A stretch of 64,000 nt of DNA from Bigelowiella natans CCMP2755 (Eukaryota; Protista; Cercozoa). Positions 1 to 10,988 of the stretch are shown piece by piece. A model generated the notes under the pieces. The model ran no database searches, was not told the DNA's origin, and was given only the letters and a program-made list of their open reading frames with translations. Position 1 is the first letter of the stretch. The number at the start of each line of letters is the position of its first letter. Made by a program: the position numbers and the translations under genes. Location of the stretch: assembly GCA_000320545.1 (NCBI GenBank), contig ADNK01000004.1:1-64000 (forward strand). The letters are read 5' to 3'.

Positions 1-776
1 TTTTCCTTGAGAAGAAAGGGATAATTTTTGGGGAAGTCCGTGCGGCACACCTGGTGCAAGCACTCCAACAGCTGCACACGTATTTGCTATGGGTGGCGAG
101 AGGACAGAAAGCAGAACAGTAAGGAGGATAAACAGGAAGATGAGGAAGGATAACGCAACGTAAATGATGTATCGAAGCTTAACTACTACACATCTCACCT
201 TTTGAGGTTGGGGTTACTATTAGTAAGATGATAACACTTTTTGTATTCATAATGTGCATAAAATTGGATTTCTAGGATGTAATCAACACTGCTCCTCCTC
301 CTCCTCCTCCACCACCACCTCCTCCTCCTCCTCCTCCTCCTCCTCCTTCTCTTCTCTCCTCTTCCATCGTGTTGCTACCTGTCGCGACTGCGTGACTATA
401 GCTTCAAGAAGGTTTCGCTTGATGACTCCCCTATCCTTCTCTCCGATCACAATCGAGTTTTCATGAAGCTTCTTCTTGACCGTCCAGTGCCTCACGACCA
501 TATTCTTGAGCAGAATAGTAGCGGACTGGCGAACCGGAAACGGGAATCTACAACAGCAGCACACAGAGCAAAGGGAAGGGAATTTTTTTTATGAAGAGGG
601 GCCATTTGAATAGTCTATATGATTGCCGACCTGTCCATGACGACAATCTGGAGGAGAGTCCCAGGATAACCTTGCATCCTCTCATATTTCTTGATCGCGG
701 CTTCAGCCGCCCTTCGTTGTTGGTCATCCCCGATGTAGGTGTGTTTTAAAACATTTGCCAGGCCGTCGGCGTTCAT
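1..776 (-). CDS. Importin-7/8-like karyopherin, N-terminal part (IBN_N domain); continues beyond the left edge
   Basis: Spliced exons 776-631 (MNADGLANVLKHTYIGDDQQRRAAEAAIKKYERMQGYPGTLLQIV), 547-~375 (PVRQSATILLKNMVVRHW...DRGVIKRNLLEAIV) and ~50-1 (VCRTDFPKNYPFLL) match the importin-beta N-terminal pattern. The exon 1/2 GT-AG junction keeps frame. Confidence 0.85.
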
Positions 777-1703
777 AAGAGGCGGTTGATGCTGCTGCAA
801 GTCGCAGCGACCGCGTGGAACAGGATTTCAGTCCAAATTGACGGTAGCGAGCGCGTCCTCTCAACACTGAAGCAGAAATCACACACCTGAACCGTACACA
901 ACCAGAGCGAATACGTGGAATATTCGAACACAGAACTCTCAAACCAGAAGATGCAAAACGCAGGCGGGAAAATTTCTACGGAATGCATGGTATAACTTTC
1001 ATACTCAATTCTTCCCACCCGTGGGAGATCCCATTCCAGACTTCCCCCCTCCCCTTCTACTCCTCATCAGCTCACAGCTCCGTTCTCCCCCTCCGCTGCC
1101 CATTACCGACGACAGCTGTGGTAGCTCGAGATTAGCCCGCTTGATTTTCCGGAATGATGCCATTTTCCCCAATAATCGCAGTTTTAGCATGCCTTTCAAT
1201 AGAAATTATGCGCGATTTTTATAAATCCCCATGATCTCCGTGGGTCCGAGTGTCCGAGCGGCAAGCCACATTTCGGAACAGAACGCATGTCGTTTTCTTT
1301 AGAAAGTATTCAAAACCGGTATTCCGGACCTTCAGAATCCAGGCTACGAAATCCAAAGAATTGTGTATAAAATAAGAGTACGTCATGAAAGTTACCATGA
1401 CGTAGAGCATAAACAAAGTTTCTATTCCTTCGCACGGAGTTATATCGGCGAATTTGTTCGAGAAATAATAAGTCGCGCGGCGCTGGCGGAGTCAGGTGTG
1501 GGTGGGGGAAATTAATGGGGAGGGGAGCAGCTGTGCGTAGGGAGAGCTGGAATCTACATTGAAATTAGGAAAATAATTATGTTCTCCTTCACTGCATAAA
1601 TGCCTAGTTGTGCGCTTCTTGCAATGCGGCAAAATGGAAAGATAGCTTGTATTAATCTTCTATCAAGTGAGTAACAATTACTCTAATCTTCACTATCATC
1701 AGG

Positions 1704-2569
1704 ATGGTCAAGCACAATAATATTATCCCGAACGCACACTTCCGCAAGGATTGGCAGAGGTACATCAAAACCTGGTTCGACCAGCCAGCAAAGAAAAAAG
1801 CTCGTAGGGCTGCACGTGATGCTAAGGCTACCAAGCTCGCACCTCGCCCAATTGGAAAGCTTCGTCCTGTTGTTCGAGGACAGACCCTTAAATACAACCT
1901 TCGTGTGAGGGCTGGCCGTGGATTTACTCTCGATGAGCTTAAGGTGAATAGAGACATAATTTTTTTGTTATCTGCATGAATGCATCTATTCGCTCAGGGG
2001 AATTGAGTAGATATTACAGCAGTTCTTACTACTTTAGGCCACTCAGCCAATCATTCCCCCCCCCCCCCAAACTCTCGTTCCGCCTCTATCATCCTGTTGC
2101 ACTCCGATATATGTATATCTATATCTTTCTTGCAACTGAGTAGCAAAATAACAATCAGGCTGCTGGCATTAACAAGCGCGAGGCCCAGGGTCTCGGTATT
2201 GCCGTAGATCACCGCCGCAAGAACCGATCGGAGGAGGGATTTAAAATCAACGTTGACCGTCTGAAGCTGTACAAAAGTAAGCTTGTTGTCTACCCACGTA
2301 AGCCAACTTCCAAGAGGACAAAAGCTGGTGATGCTGATGCGAAGGAGATCAAAGCCATGGAGACTGTTGAGCAGAACACTCTCAAGACCGTCTTACCTGT
2401 CGCACAGCCTTCACAGAGAATTAAGGCTCGTAAGATCACTGACGAAGAGAGAAACGCTAATGTCGCTGCTGTTCTTCGCAAGGCTCTCACTGACCAGAAG
2501 CGTGCAGGAGCTCGTGCTAAGGCTGCTGCTGATAAGGCTGAGGCTGCCGCTGCTAAGAAGAGAAAGTAG
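1704..2569 (+). CDS. RPL13: 60S ribosomal protein L13 (eL13), 2 exons (1704-1943, 2159-2569), 216 aa
   Basis: [28 protein letters not shown]...[12 protein letters not shown]|[27 protein letters not shown] is the eL13 signature. Phase-0 GT-AG intron at 1944-2158. Confidence 0.97.
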
Positions 2570-3205
2570 ATTAAGTGATGATGATTATGACTCCACGTGT
2601 GTTTGGAGAAATACTAAATGGATAAAAATAGTGCAATCGTTGCAGATAGGCCTTGTTTCGCTCCGTGGAATGTGTTACGAACATGTCTTTTTCAATGATC
2701 AAAACCGTAGTTTTCGAAAGAGATTGGATTGTGTCCTAATAAGCATATACATGAAGCAAAGATCAACGTGCTTATAAATGCATAAAAATCTACGCTACGC
2801 AGCTGTATCGGTTCGGTCCACAACCATACTAGCATATGACCACATACACGCATGCGTGTATGTATATGAGACGGATGTAATGAAATGTATAAATTTTTGT
2901 ATATATCTCATATATCATTACGTACATAGCCAGATTGTACATATCGACACGCATGTCATAGCATTATTGTGCACAGCGAGCATGCAGTATATCGCGTAGC
3001 AGCAATGCAGCCTTTGAACTAGCGCGGTATATATATAATTTATTTTACTAGATTATTTTGACTACAATACATCATTATTGCAATGTATAATAAGCTTTTT
3101 CGATTCAGGGCTACAGGGAGCGTCTCTGGCTCGCGGACGAATAATAAAATCTTGACCTTACTACTACGTACGCTACTACTACGATACGATACAACTTTCT
3201 AATTT

Positions 3206-4106
3206 CTAATCAAGGCGACGCGATTCAATCAAACTGAGATGCTCGTCAGTCTTGGTCTCTATACTTCCTAACGAATCCCTGTTGCTGCCCTGCTGATTGC
3301 CTGCTACTACAGCAATTGAACGCCGGGGTATGAATGTTCGCATGTAGTCCAGGTAGTCGTCTTCTATCCCCGTGCTCCCAGCCTCTAAGTCAAACTCTCG
3401 AGACGACGCTACAGCAGCGCCTGTAGTGGCAGAAGACGAAGAAGAAGAAGACGAGGAGGAAGTACTGCTTATACCGAAACACTCAAGGCACTTGGGAATG
3501 CTTTTCGCTCGATTTATTGAACTCGAGTGCGCGTTGGCCTTTGCATCTGCTGCTGCTGATGAGAGCTGGCTTTCGAACTCCTTTCTGTCCTTCTTTTTCT
3601 TCGGCACGCTGGGAACGAGGTGGAACCAGTTGCGATGAGCGGGGTCATACTCCATCTGCATTTGTTGCCCGAAAAATACCGTTATGATGACGACGATGAT
3701 GATGCAGCACTGAAGTATAACAACGCACTACCACGACACAATTTTCCTCATTTGGCATCTTAATACTAAAGCGATTCATTCACTTTGGTTGATGTATTTC
3801 TTCTTTTCCCACACACCGTTTCTGGACTTACCCATCGCTTGTTGGTTTTCGAGCAGAAAAACGCGAGCACATTCCGCACCACCCCTGGAAAAGCGGCAAG
3901 AGAGAGGAAGGGGTACGGCGGGAGAAGGGGAGGACGGGTGAGCAAGAAAACGGTTATGGACCCCCATCATGATGAATATGATCTGATCTCCACGTTCAGA
4001 AATAAGACGGACCTTGGTCGAAAGCATGTGAGCGACAACACAGAAACTTGAATGTGAATCCTTGAGGAGCAGCTTGCCCAGTTAATTTCCTTGCAAATAT
4101 ATTTAT

Positions 4107-4138
<32 letters not shown>

Positions 4139-4399
4139 ATACACACACACGCACACATATCAATCTCAAGGGCTGGTGCATGCTAGCTATAACGTACATT
4201 GATGTCTATGCGTGCGTGTATGTGAAGATAAGCTGCTTCCTATCAGGATGAGAGAAAGAGAAAGAGAGAGAGAGAGAGTGAGTTAGAGAGAGATGTAATT
4301 TGTCTTTCTTACGAGTGCAGCTTGGAGTATCTAATGATGCGATTTCGCAACAGGTATTCGAAGGTGGTCTGTCCAGCCTAGTTAGTTTACACCCATAAA

Positions 4400-4444
<45 letters not shown>

Positions 4445-5450
4445 AGAGAGAAAATGTTCAACGAAGTATATTACTACATACATGAGAGGTGAATATCGTG
4501 CATGCGTGCAACGAAGACGATCCATGCAGGTGGAAATCGATACCAGAACGTTGAACGCCTGCTGGCCCAGAAGTATGGTGTCGAACAATGCAAAGCAGAA
4601 AACGAAGATACTGAAGAGCAAGCGAGCGAAGAACATCGCGTGACTCCTGAGGAGAAAAACGCTGATAAGCAATAACTAGCTGTGTGGAATGATGGAAAAG
4701 GAGGCGGTGGGCGCAATTCGTTGATCGAATGATGATCCTCTGGAAGAAGAAGAAGAAGAAGAAGAAGAAGAAGGAGAAAAAGTGCCTAGATGACTGCTGC
4801 ATCAGCATGGCTATAACCATTATCATCATCATCATCATCATCATCATCATGTGCTCATCTTTATTCACAGCTGTCGTTGTACTCATCGGCGCTATGGTTG
4901 CTGTATTTATGTTTTGAGGTACACCCAGAGACCTCACGCTACCCTTCTCATTTCACGCTTGAGGCTCCCACTCTCCCTCCCGCACATTCCCCTCTCTCTT
5001 GTCGTACGTGGGGTTGTCGAACAGCGAGAAGCAAATCCTCAGGGAAGCCATAGCAGGAACCCACTCGACCTTTAGTTACGGATATCAAGCGATTAATATG
5101 ATGCGTGCACACACGATTAGCTTTCCCATAGGCAATTGCCAGGAAAGAAGGAGGAGAAGAAGAAGAAGAATATAGAAAGAGGGAACTGCAGGTAAAGTCT
5201 TCCTCACCGCCAGGAATATGACAAAGAGCCTGTGATTCTTCGCCCCGATACAGTTGCCTTTCCGAAGGGAGGAGGAGGAGGAGGAGGAGGAGGAGGAGGA
5301 GGAACAAAATTATGAGCTACGATATTAGTCTTGTATTTACACTAAATAGCTTTCGTCTACGTGTGAGGAGGGCAACAATAACAAATGTACACAGTAGAGC
5401 TATTCTGCCACTTGCAAGGTCTTATTATCAGACAGCTGCTCAAACTACTC

Positions 5451-5482
<32 letters not shown>

Positions 5483-7077
5483 AATCGCCGCAACGCACCA
5501 ACGAAGGGGCAATGATGGTCAAAGCTGGAGGAGGAGGAGGAGGAGGAGGAGAAGATGGGGGAGTAGAAGAGAGAGATGACATCCAGATACCACGTAAACC
5601 GTATCAGGTTCAAGCATCACATAAAAGATTATCAAAGAATATGTCAGCGAGGAAGCAATGACCAGGCCAGGCATTCACACTTAAAACAACGAGAAATTAT
5701 CTTCCTTACCACTGCTGCACACACCGATCGATTAATTAATTTATTTGAGGTCGCTTAGCAAATAAGGAAGTGCTGGTGTTCGTTTGGGGCTGCTGTTTGT
5801 GAATTTTGTTCTGTGGAAGTTCTTTTGAAACATCTCCCTGCCCCCTCTCCTCAAACGCCGACGCTAACTAATGCTGTCTGCTGCTATTTTCTGCACGGTT
5901 CTGCTCCTCCTTACCGTGCCACACAACGATTGCACTGGCGACAGTGTTTGGCTGATTTCCGGACGAGAAGCATGGAGAGTAAATGGGGAGGTTAAAGAAG
6001 AGGGAGGAGGGCGAGACACATCAGAGGATGACTGAAACGGGGTTGACTTTCCAGAGAATGAATAATGGTACTACCTCTTTGCGGTTTCATTCCACAGCAG
6101 CTGTGGCAATAGTCCTACAAGATTAGTGTTACAAATAGCTCAGAATTTGACAGTATCTTGTTCTAGCCACCAAACGAAACATACGCACCCCTCTCTTCTG
6201 CTCAGTCGGGGAGGGACTCGATGCTTGAACTGAGCATGCGAAAAACCAGCAGCGAATGGTGATGTAATAGTGTGCGCATCTCAGTGTGATGTGTTAGTCG
6301 GCAGAGATTATATACACTACGTGGCACGAATCCGGGATCCGAAGTGTTGAGCACCATGTACAGGACCACTCCGAGACATTTCAGAATGTATGCCAGAATC
6401 TGCCAAGAACATCACCAAAACCCTTCTTAAGAGAACACCACCTGAGCTGCAGTAAGTCTAAGATGCATTACGTAAGGATATGCGTTCCCAGACTCGAACG
6501 CTACGCTTTGGCTTGTATGCTGAGCAGAGTACGTTGTGTCATTTGCTGTAACTTCTCAGCAATTGCGTTATTTTGGCGAGTGAGGTGCGTTATTTTGGGG
6601 AGTGAGTTGTAAAGTTCTTCATCATCTCCTCCGTGGTGAGTGAGTGCGAGGCCACCTCGAATACGTTACAGCCTAGCACTATCGCCAAGCTGATACCAAG
6701 AAATATGTACCGAGCCTTTTTTCGTGCCTGATGGTGAGCGTTTTGTCAAATATTTTGACGGGATTTGCTAGAATCTAACAGACGGTACACCGATCGATAC
6801 CCTGCTGTTATTGCGAGGCCGATATTCATTCGCCCGCGCCCTTGCGTTCAGGACTTTGTGATGATACCTAATAAAGCGTCATGCGGCACTGATCGACACT
6901 CTACGCCATCATCAAAATCACAAATTTGATGAAATTTAGACGTACTGTTCCGATTGGACCCAAGCCTGTATCAGCCGCGTCACGTACTGTCGCAAACAAC
7001 ATCCTATCACTTTCGTCGCCAATGATCGCGGTGCCTGCTTTGCCAGCTGCTACCTGCTCCACAGTGAGCTTGCTCAT
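3206..7077 (-). CDS. DHHC-type protein S-palmitoyltransferase, multi-exon (start approximate)
   Basis: Minus-strand exons encode NTSDPGFVP (~6325-6350), DYCHSCCGMKPQR (~6075-6113), SAKHCRQCNRCVAR (~5905-5955), FDHHCPFV (~5499-5524), GNCIGAKNHRLFVIFLA (~5208-5257) and GQTTFEYL (TTxE motif, ~4350-4375). The last exon ends at 3206. Confidence 0.9.
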
Positions 7078-7571
7078 GTCGTCTTCCTCCCCCTTCAGCA
7101 GGAGTGCACTAGTGGTGGTGGTGGTGGTGATAGGGGGCAAATAATAGAGGCCCAGAGATCATCTCCGAACAGGCATTTTGTGTAAAGTGGTGAATGTAAT
7201 AATGTGCTGGAACAGGGAGGAGGATCAACTGTCGACGATGATGATTTGGATGGGATCTACTGCTATTTCCCCTTATAAATGTAGTAAAACCATGTCGCAG
7301 TATAAAAACGCCAATGCTTTTATAAAAAATCTTGAAGTCTCAAATCTCGCCCCTGTGCTCTGTCTCTTTTCTCCCCCCTTCTCTGCCTCACCGTCGCTAG
7401 GGAGAGCAAGGTGGCCTTGTAAAAATTAAAAACGTATGAGATAGCGATGCGACCATGCCGATGTTGCTTTCGAAGGAATTTCTACGAAATGCTCTAATGG
7501 CCGCCATTCCAACTTTCCAACATAGCACACACACACACACACTAGCACTGTCGCGTAGGCTACGGATGTCT

Positions 7572-7602
<31 letters not shown>

Positions 7603-7785
7603 TACTCGAACACAAACAGACGCAAACATGCAAACAAATATAAATACGGATGATGTTATGATAAAGAAAGTAAAACGGGTGAGGGGATCGGTGGAACCAG
7701 TATTGTGAAGGGGGATGGCCGACACTGCAGCGGTGAGAAGAACGCTGTTTCATTTGTAGTCGTTGAGAACCGGGTAATAGAGACG

Positions 7786-9475
7786 ATGATGCGGCAAGTC
7801 CACGCCTCGGTTCAAAAGGCGTATTCCAAATATGCTTCTGAGGGGAAGTTTGAGGATGACTGGGAAAATAATCTTCGGAGGCTTGGCTATGGTCGCCAGG
7901 AGATCGAGAAAATTCCCAGCACAAACATGCTGCGAGGTAAATCGACAAGTTCCATCAACAAAAATATGTGCTCCGTGTGATATATCCTTTCTTCCCTTTT
8001 TCCTTTCACAAACCTCACAATCAGCGGAATGCGGCGCAGGAAATCCCTTTAAGATGGGAATGCCTTCTCCTGGAGATTGGGTGGTAGACCTTGGTTGTGG
8101 CGCTGGAGTAGATTCCATCATCGCAGCATCGTGCGTAGGGCCATCAGGATGCGTTACAGGCATCGATATGACTGAGGTGCGTCCATATTCAGAATCAAAC
8201 GCCTTTCTCTCAGTTCTTGTCGAAAATGGACGGGCGTAAAATGCAAGCTATATATGTCCTGCAAAGCAGCAAATGCTGCACGACACCAAATGATTATTTA
8301 CGACCTCTGCAAGCTGAGCACCCTTTTCTTTTACTTTCCGAACTCATGCGTATTTGTGATATTTACCTCAGGGTATGATTCATGCCGCGAGGGACAATGT
8401 GAAGGCGGCTCGCAAAACCAACCCAATATCCGGTGGGGAGTAAATATGACGACTATGCCTTGGAATTAAAAATGTTATCCAACATAATTAAAAGCTCTTC
8501 GTACGCATCAGGAAAAGTAGAATTTCATGTTGCGAAGTTTGACGACCCCAAAGACGACAAAATGAGAAGAATCTTGCAGCACACAAGAGGTATCCGTCGT
8601 CGATATTGGTGTGTGTGTAGTCAGTCTCTCGATTGGACAAACCGTAACAAACCGCCTACAAAGCCATCGCTTCGTATATCTCTTGCTGGATGCTATTGAT
8701 GGGTTACAAGCGTTGAATTAGGTGTTGTCATATTGAAACAGGCAAAGCTTCTCTGGTTATATCTAATGGGGCTTTCAACCTCTCCCCCAACAAACGCGCA
8801 GCATTTCAGCTGGTAGTGCCTCACTGCGATATGTAATCGCTCTCTGATGACGAATTTGTTTCAACAGAATAGCTAAGATTTTCTTTAGATTCTTTCGGCT
8901 TTTACTTTCCGGTGAATACTGAATGCGAGATTTCTGTCAACGCAACATACTGCATGCAGGCATATGAGATGCTTGCCCCCGGAGCTCGCTTCCAGTTTTC
9001 CGACGTGGTAGTGGTACCAAAAACCACAGAAGGGGCGTGACCTCCTCCTGTTGCTTCTTCAAACTGCAGTGATGAGCGTGGGAATGCATGCAAGAGTGAG
9101 GGGAAGCAAGGTCAAGCGGACGAGCTCGCTAGAAACAACATGGTGGAGGAAGATGCTTGGGCAGCGTGAGTTACGGGATGCATCTCAGTCTCAGAAGTTC
9201 TCACTGAGATGCGCAAAGCCGGATTTCAAGACGAAAAAATGGTAAAAGTATAGAGTTGATAGTATTACCATGATGATGGTAATGATGATGCTAGCGATTC
9301 ATCAAGGGTGATCCTATTATTCGACGGCCATATGTCTTACTAGATTGGATGGACGGACTATTATTCTTCGCCTTCGACAAGAGGAGCCTTATTTTTCGCA
9401 AGAAAACCGCTCTGTCCCACCTATTCGAACGCAATGACAACATCCTTAAGGAATTCCATCTTAGGTCCTATGTAA
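7786..9475 (+). CDS. Arsenite methyltransferase (ArsM/AS3MT)-like SAM-dependent methyltransferase, probable selenoprotein with in-frame TGA at 9038-9040 and 9167-9169
   Basis: Exons ~7786-7936, 8025-8176, 8372-8432, 8512-~8589, 8742-8812, 8960-9241 and 9344-9475 give ECGAGNP, VVDLGCGAGVD (SAM motif I), VGPSGCVTGIDMT, VISNGAFNLSPNK, LAPGARFQFSDV, AWAA[TGA]VTGCIS...AGFQD and SSPSTRGALFFARKP. Additional 5' exons are possible. Confidence 0.88.
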
Positions 9476-9720
9476 TTTGCATTTACTACTTTAACATGTA
9501 TAAGTGAAGAACCTATTGAACTTTCTCCATCACATGCACATGCGTGTATGTGTACATTTGTGTGTGTTTGGCATAAACTGTGTACGTGATAATTTTTCTG
9601 CACACAGCGTTGGGTCTGGCGACGTTTGCAGCGATAATGCTTCGTCGCTATAAGTAAAGAAGTGTAAACTTTTGCACTTTCGGGAAGTTGTGGAGTTTTC
9701 AACCAACAATTAAAGCGGTG

Positions 9721-9790
9721 ATGTGAACATGAAAGCATCGATGCGAAAGCCAAGAATTTAATTTCTGGAGCAGCGGTGTTGGAATACAAT
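9721..9790 (+). promoter_or_regulatory. SECIS element (type II-like) in the 3' UTR of the ArsM-like gene
   Basis: ATGAA (9729-9733); helix AGCATCGATGC (9734-9744) pairs with GCAGCGGTGTT (9770-9780) at 10 of 11 positions; unpaired AAA (9746-9748); apical mini-stem CCAAGAA/TTCTGG; GGAA (9781-9784) completes the tandem G.A/A.G core. Confidence 0.75.
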
Positions 9791-10603
9791 GATTTTGATC
9801 ATGGCAATTATCACTGCAGGGTTCTACTACTCCTAGACTTGTCCTTTGCTACTTCTTCACCAGACATGTCTCGATGTGATTATAATGGTTGAGGACAGAG
9901 CACAGCACACGATCGATGCGATGGGTTAGCAGCAATGGTGATGATGATGATTCACACTTGTTAGCACGTGCATTAGAGCATGCGGCTGCTGCATGTGTGT
10001 AGGAGTTTTCCTTGCAACACGTTGAAACAAAAATCACACAATGGAAGCAAGCACGCAGCGTGGATGCAAAAATCCGAAAATGAAGCTAGAAAGCACTATA
10101 GATGCCACAGCAGCAGGTGCAACACAACATGCACGCACATCTCTAGATCTGGACATGCCCGCCCAGCTGCGCTTGTGGCCCACTGGCACCAGATCTCCCA
10201 GCATCAAGTGGTTTTGGCAAACACACCCAGCAGCAGAGTGATGTCACGGCACTGCGTGACGCAGTGACACACTGACGCAGCGACGTTCTGTCATGCATTT
10301 GAAGCACGATTGTCAGGGTCATGGAATCTCAGAGTCTTGATTTGGGCACGCACAGATCGTCACTGAAACAACGTGCGCGTTCTCCTAGCCTCTTCCAATC
10401 GACACTTTTCGTCCACTTCCAGTTGCGTTTGAGAAAGTTGTTCGATCCCTGCTCTCACACTCTGCTTTGACAAGGTTCGATCACAGCATGAAGGGTCGCA
10501 CCGGATCAAAATCACAGCAAAACAGTGCACGCTGAGGACGTGGGCTTCGAGAAGTTCGGATTGAAGGAGAAACAAGAAACAAGAAACACGGTTGAACGAC
10601 CAC

Positions 10604-10975
10604 TGTTGGAGGGCTGGGTGCGGTGCGATGTGCGCGCAGTGAGCAAAAGCTAGCAAACGAGCAGGTAGCGGTGTTCAGATTGAACTGTGAGGTCATCATG
10701 CGAGGGTTGACCGCCCTCTGACAAGTGTCAAGCTTGTCATCAGTCACACGTGATTGCATTGGGTTTCTAGGCCGCGACAAGGCTAGTCCTTGTCGTGCGA
10801 CATGCGTGTGCATTCCTTGTCGCGGCAGGCTGAAGCGTCACGGCAATGCTTGTCGCACCTGTGCCGCTTCACCTGCTGCTACGTGCACAGTTAATTTGCT
10901 AATTTCCTCGGTTCATGCTCGCTTGCATGTTGACTACATGCATGTCAAACTTGCGCGAACATGGGAGCATCAACA
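10604..10975 (-). repeat. 3' LTR of the copia element
   Basis: Identical by eye to 18013-18384; TG...CA ends. Confidence 0.95.
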
Positions 10976-10988
10976 CGCCTCCCAAATT
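10976..10988 (-). other. Polypurine tract (PPT)
   Basis: The minus strand reads AATTTGGGAGGCG immediately before the TG of the 3' LTR. Confidence 0.75.

Noticed and set aside
1944-2158. Possible intronic snoRNA in RPL13
   Set aside because: Only weak stems, with no convincing C/D or H/ACA box arrangement.
9166-9171. GTGAGT looks like a perfect splice donor that would remove the second TGA
   Set aside because: Splicing from it to the 9343 acceptor shifts the last exon out of the conserved SSP.T.GALF..RKP frame and deletes the AGF.D segment. The SECIS also supports read-through. Not formally excluded without RNA data.
8960-9241. ArsM-like gene as a pseudogene with nonsense mutations
   Set aside because: Both stops are TGA, one is at the conserved Cys, there are no frameshifts, the splice sites are intact and a SECIS-like element follows.
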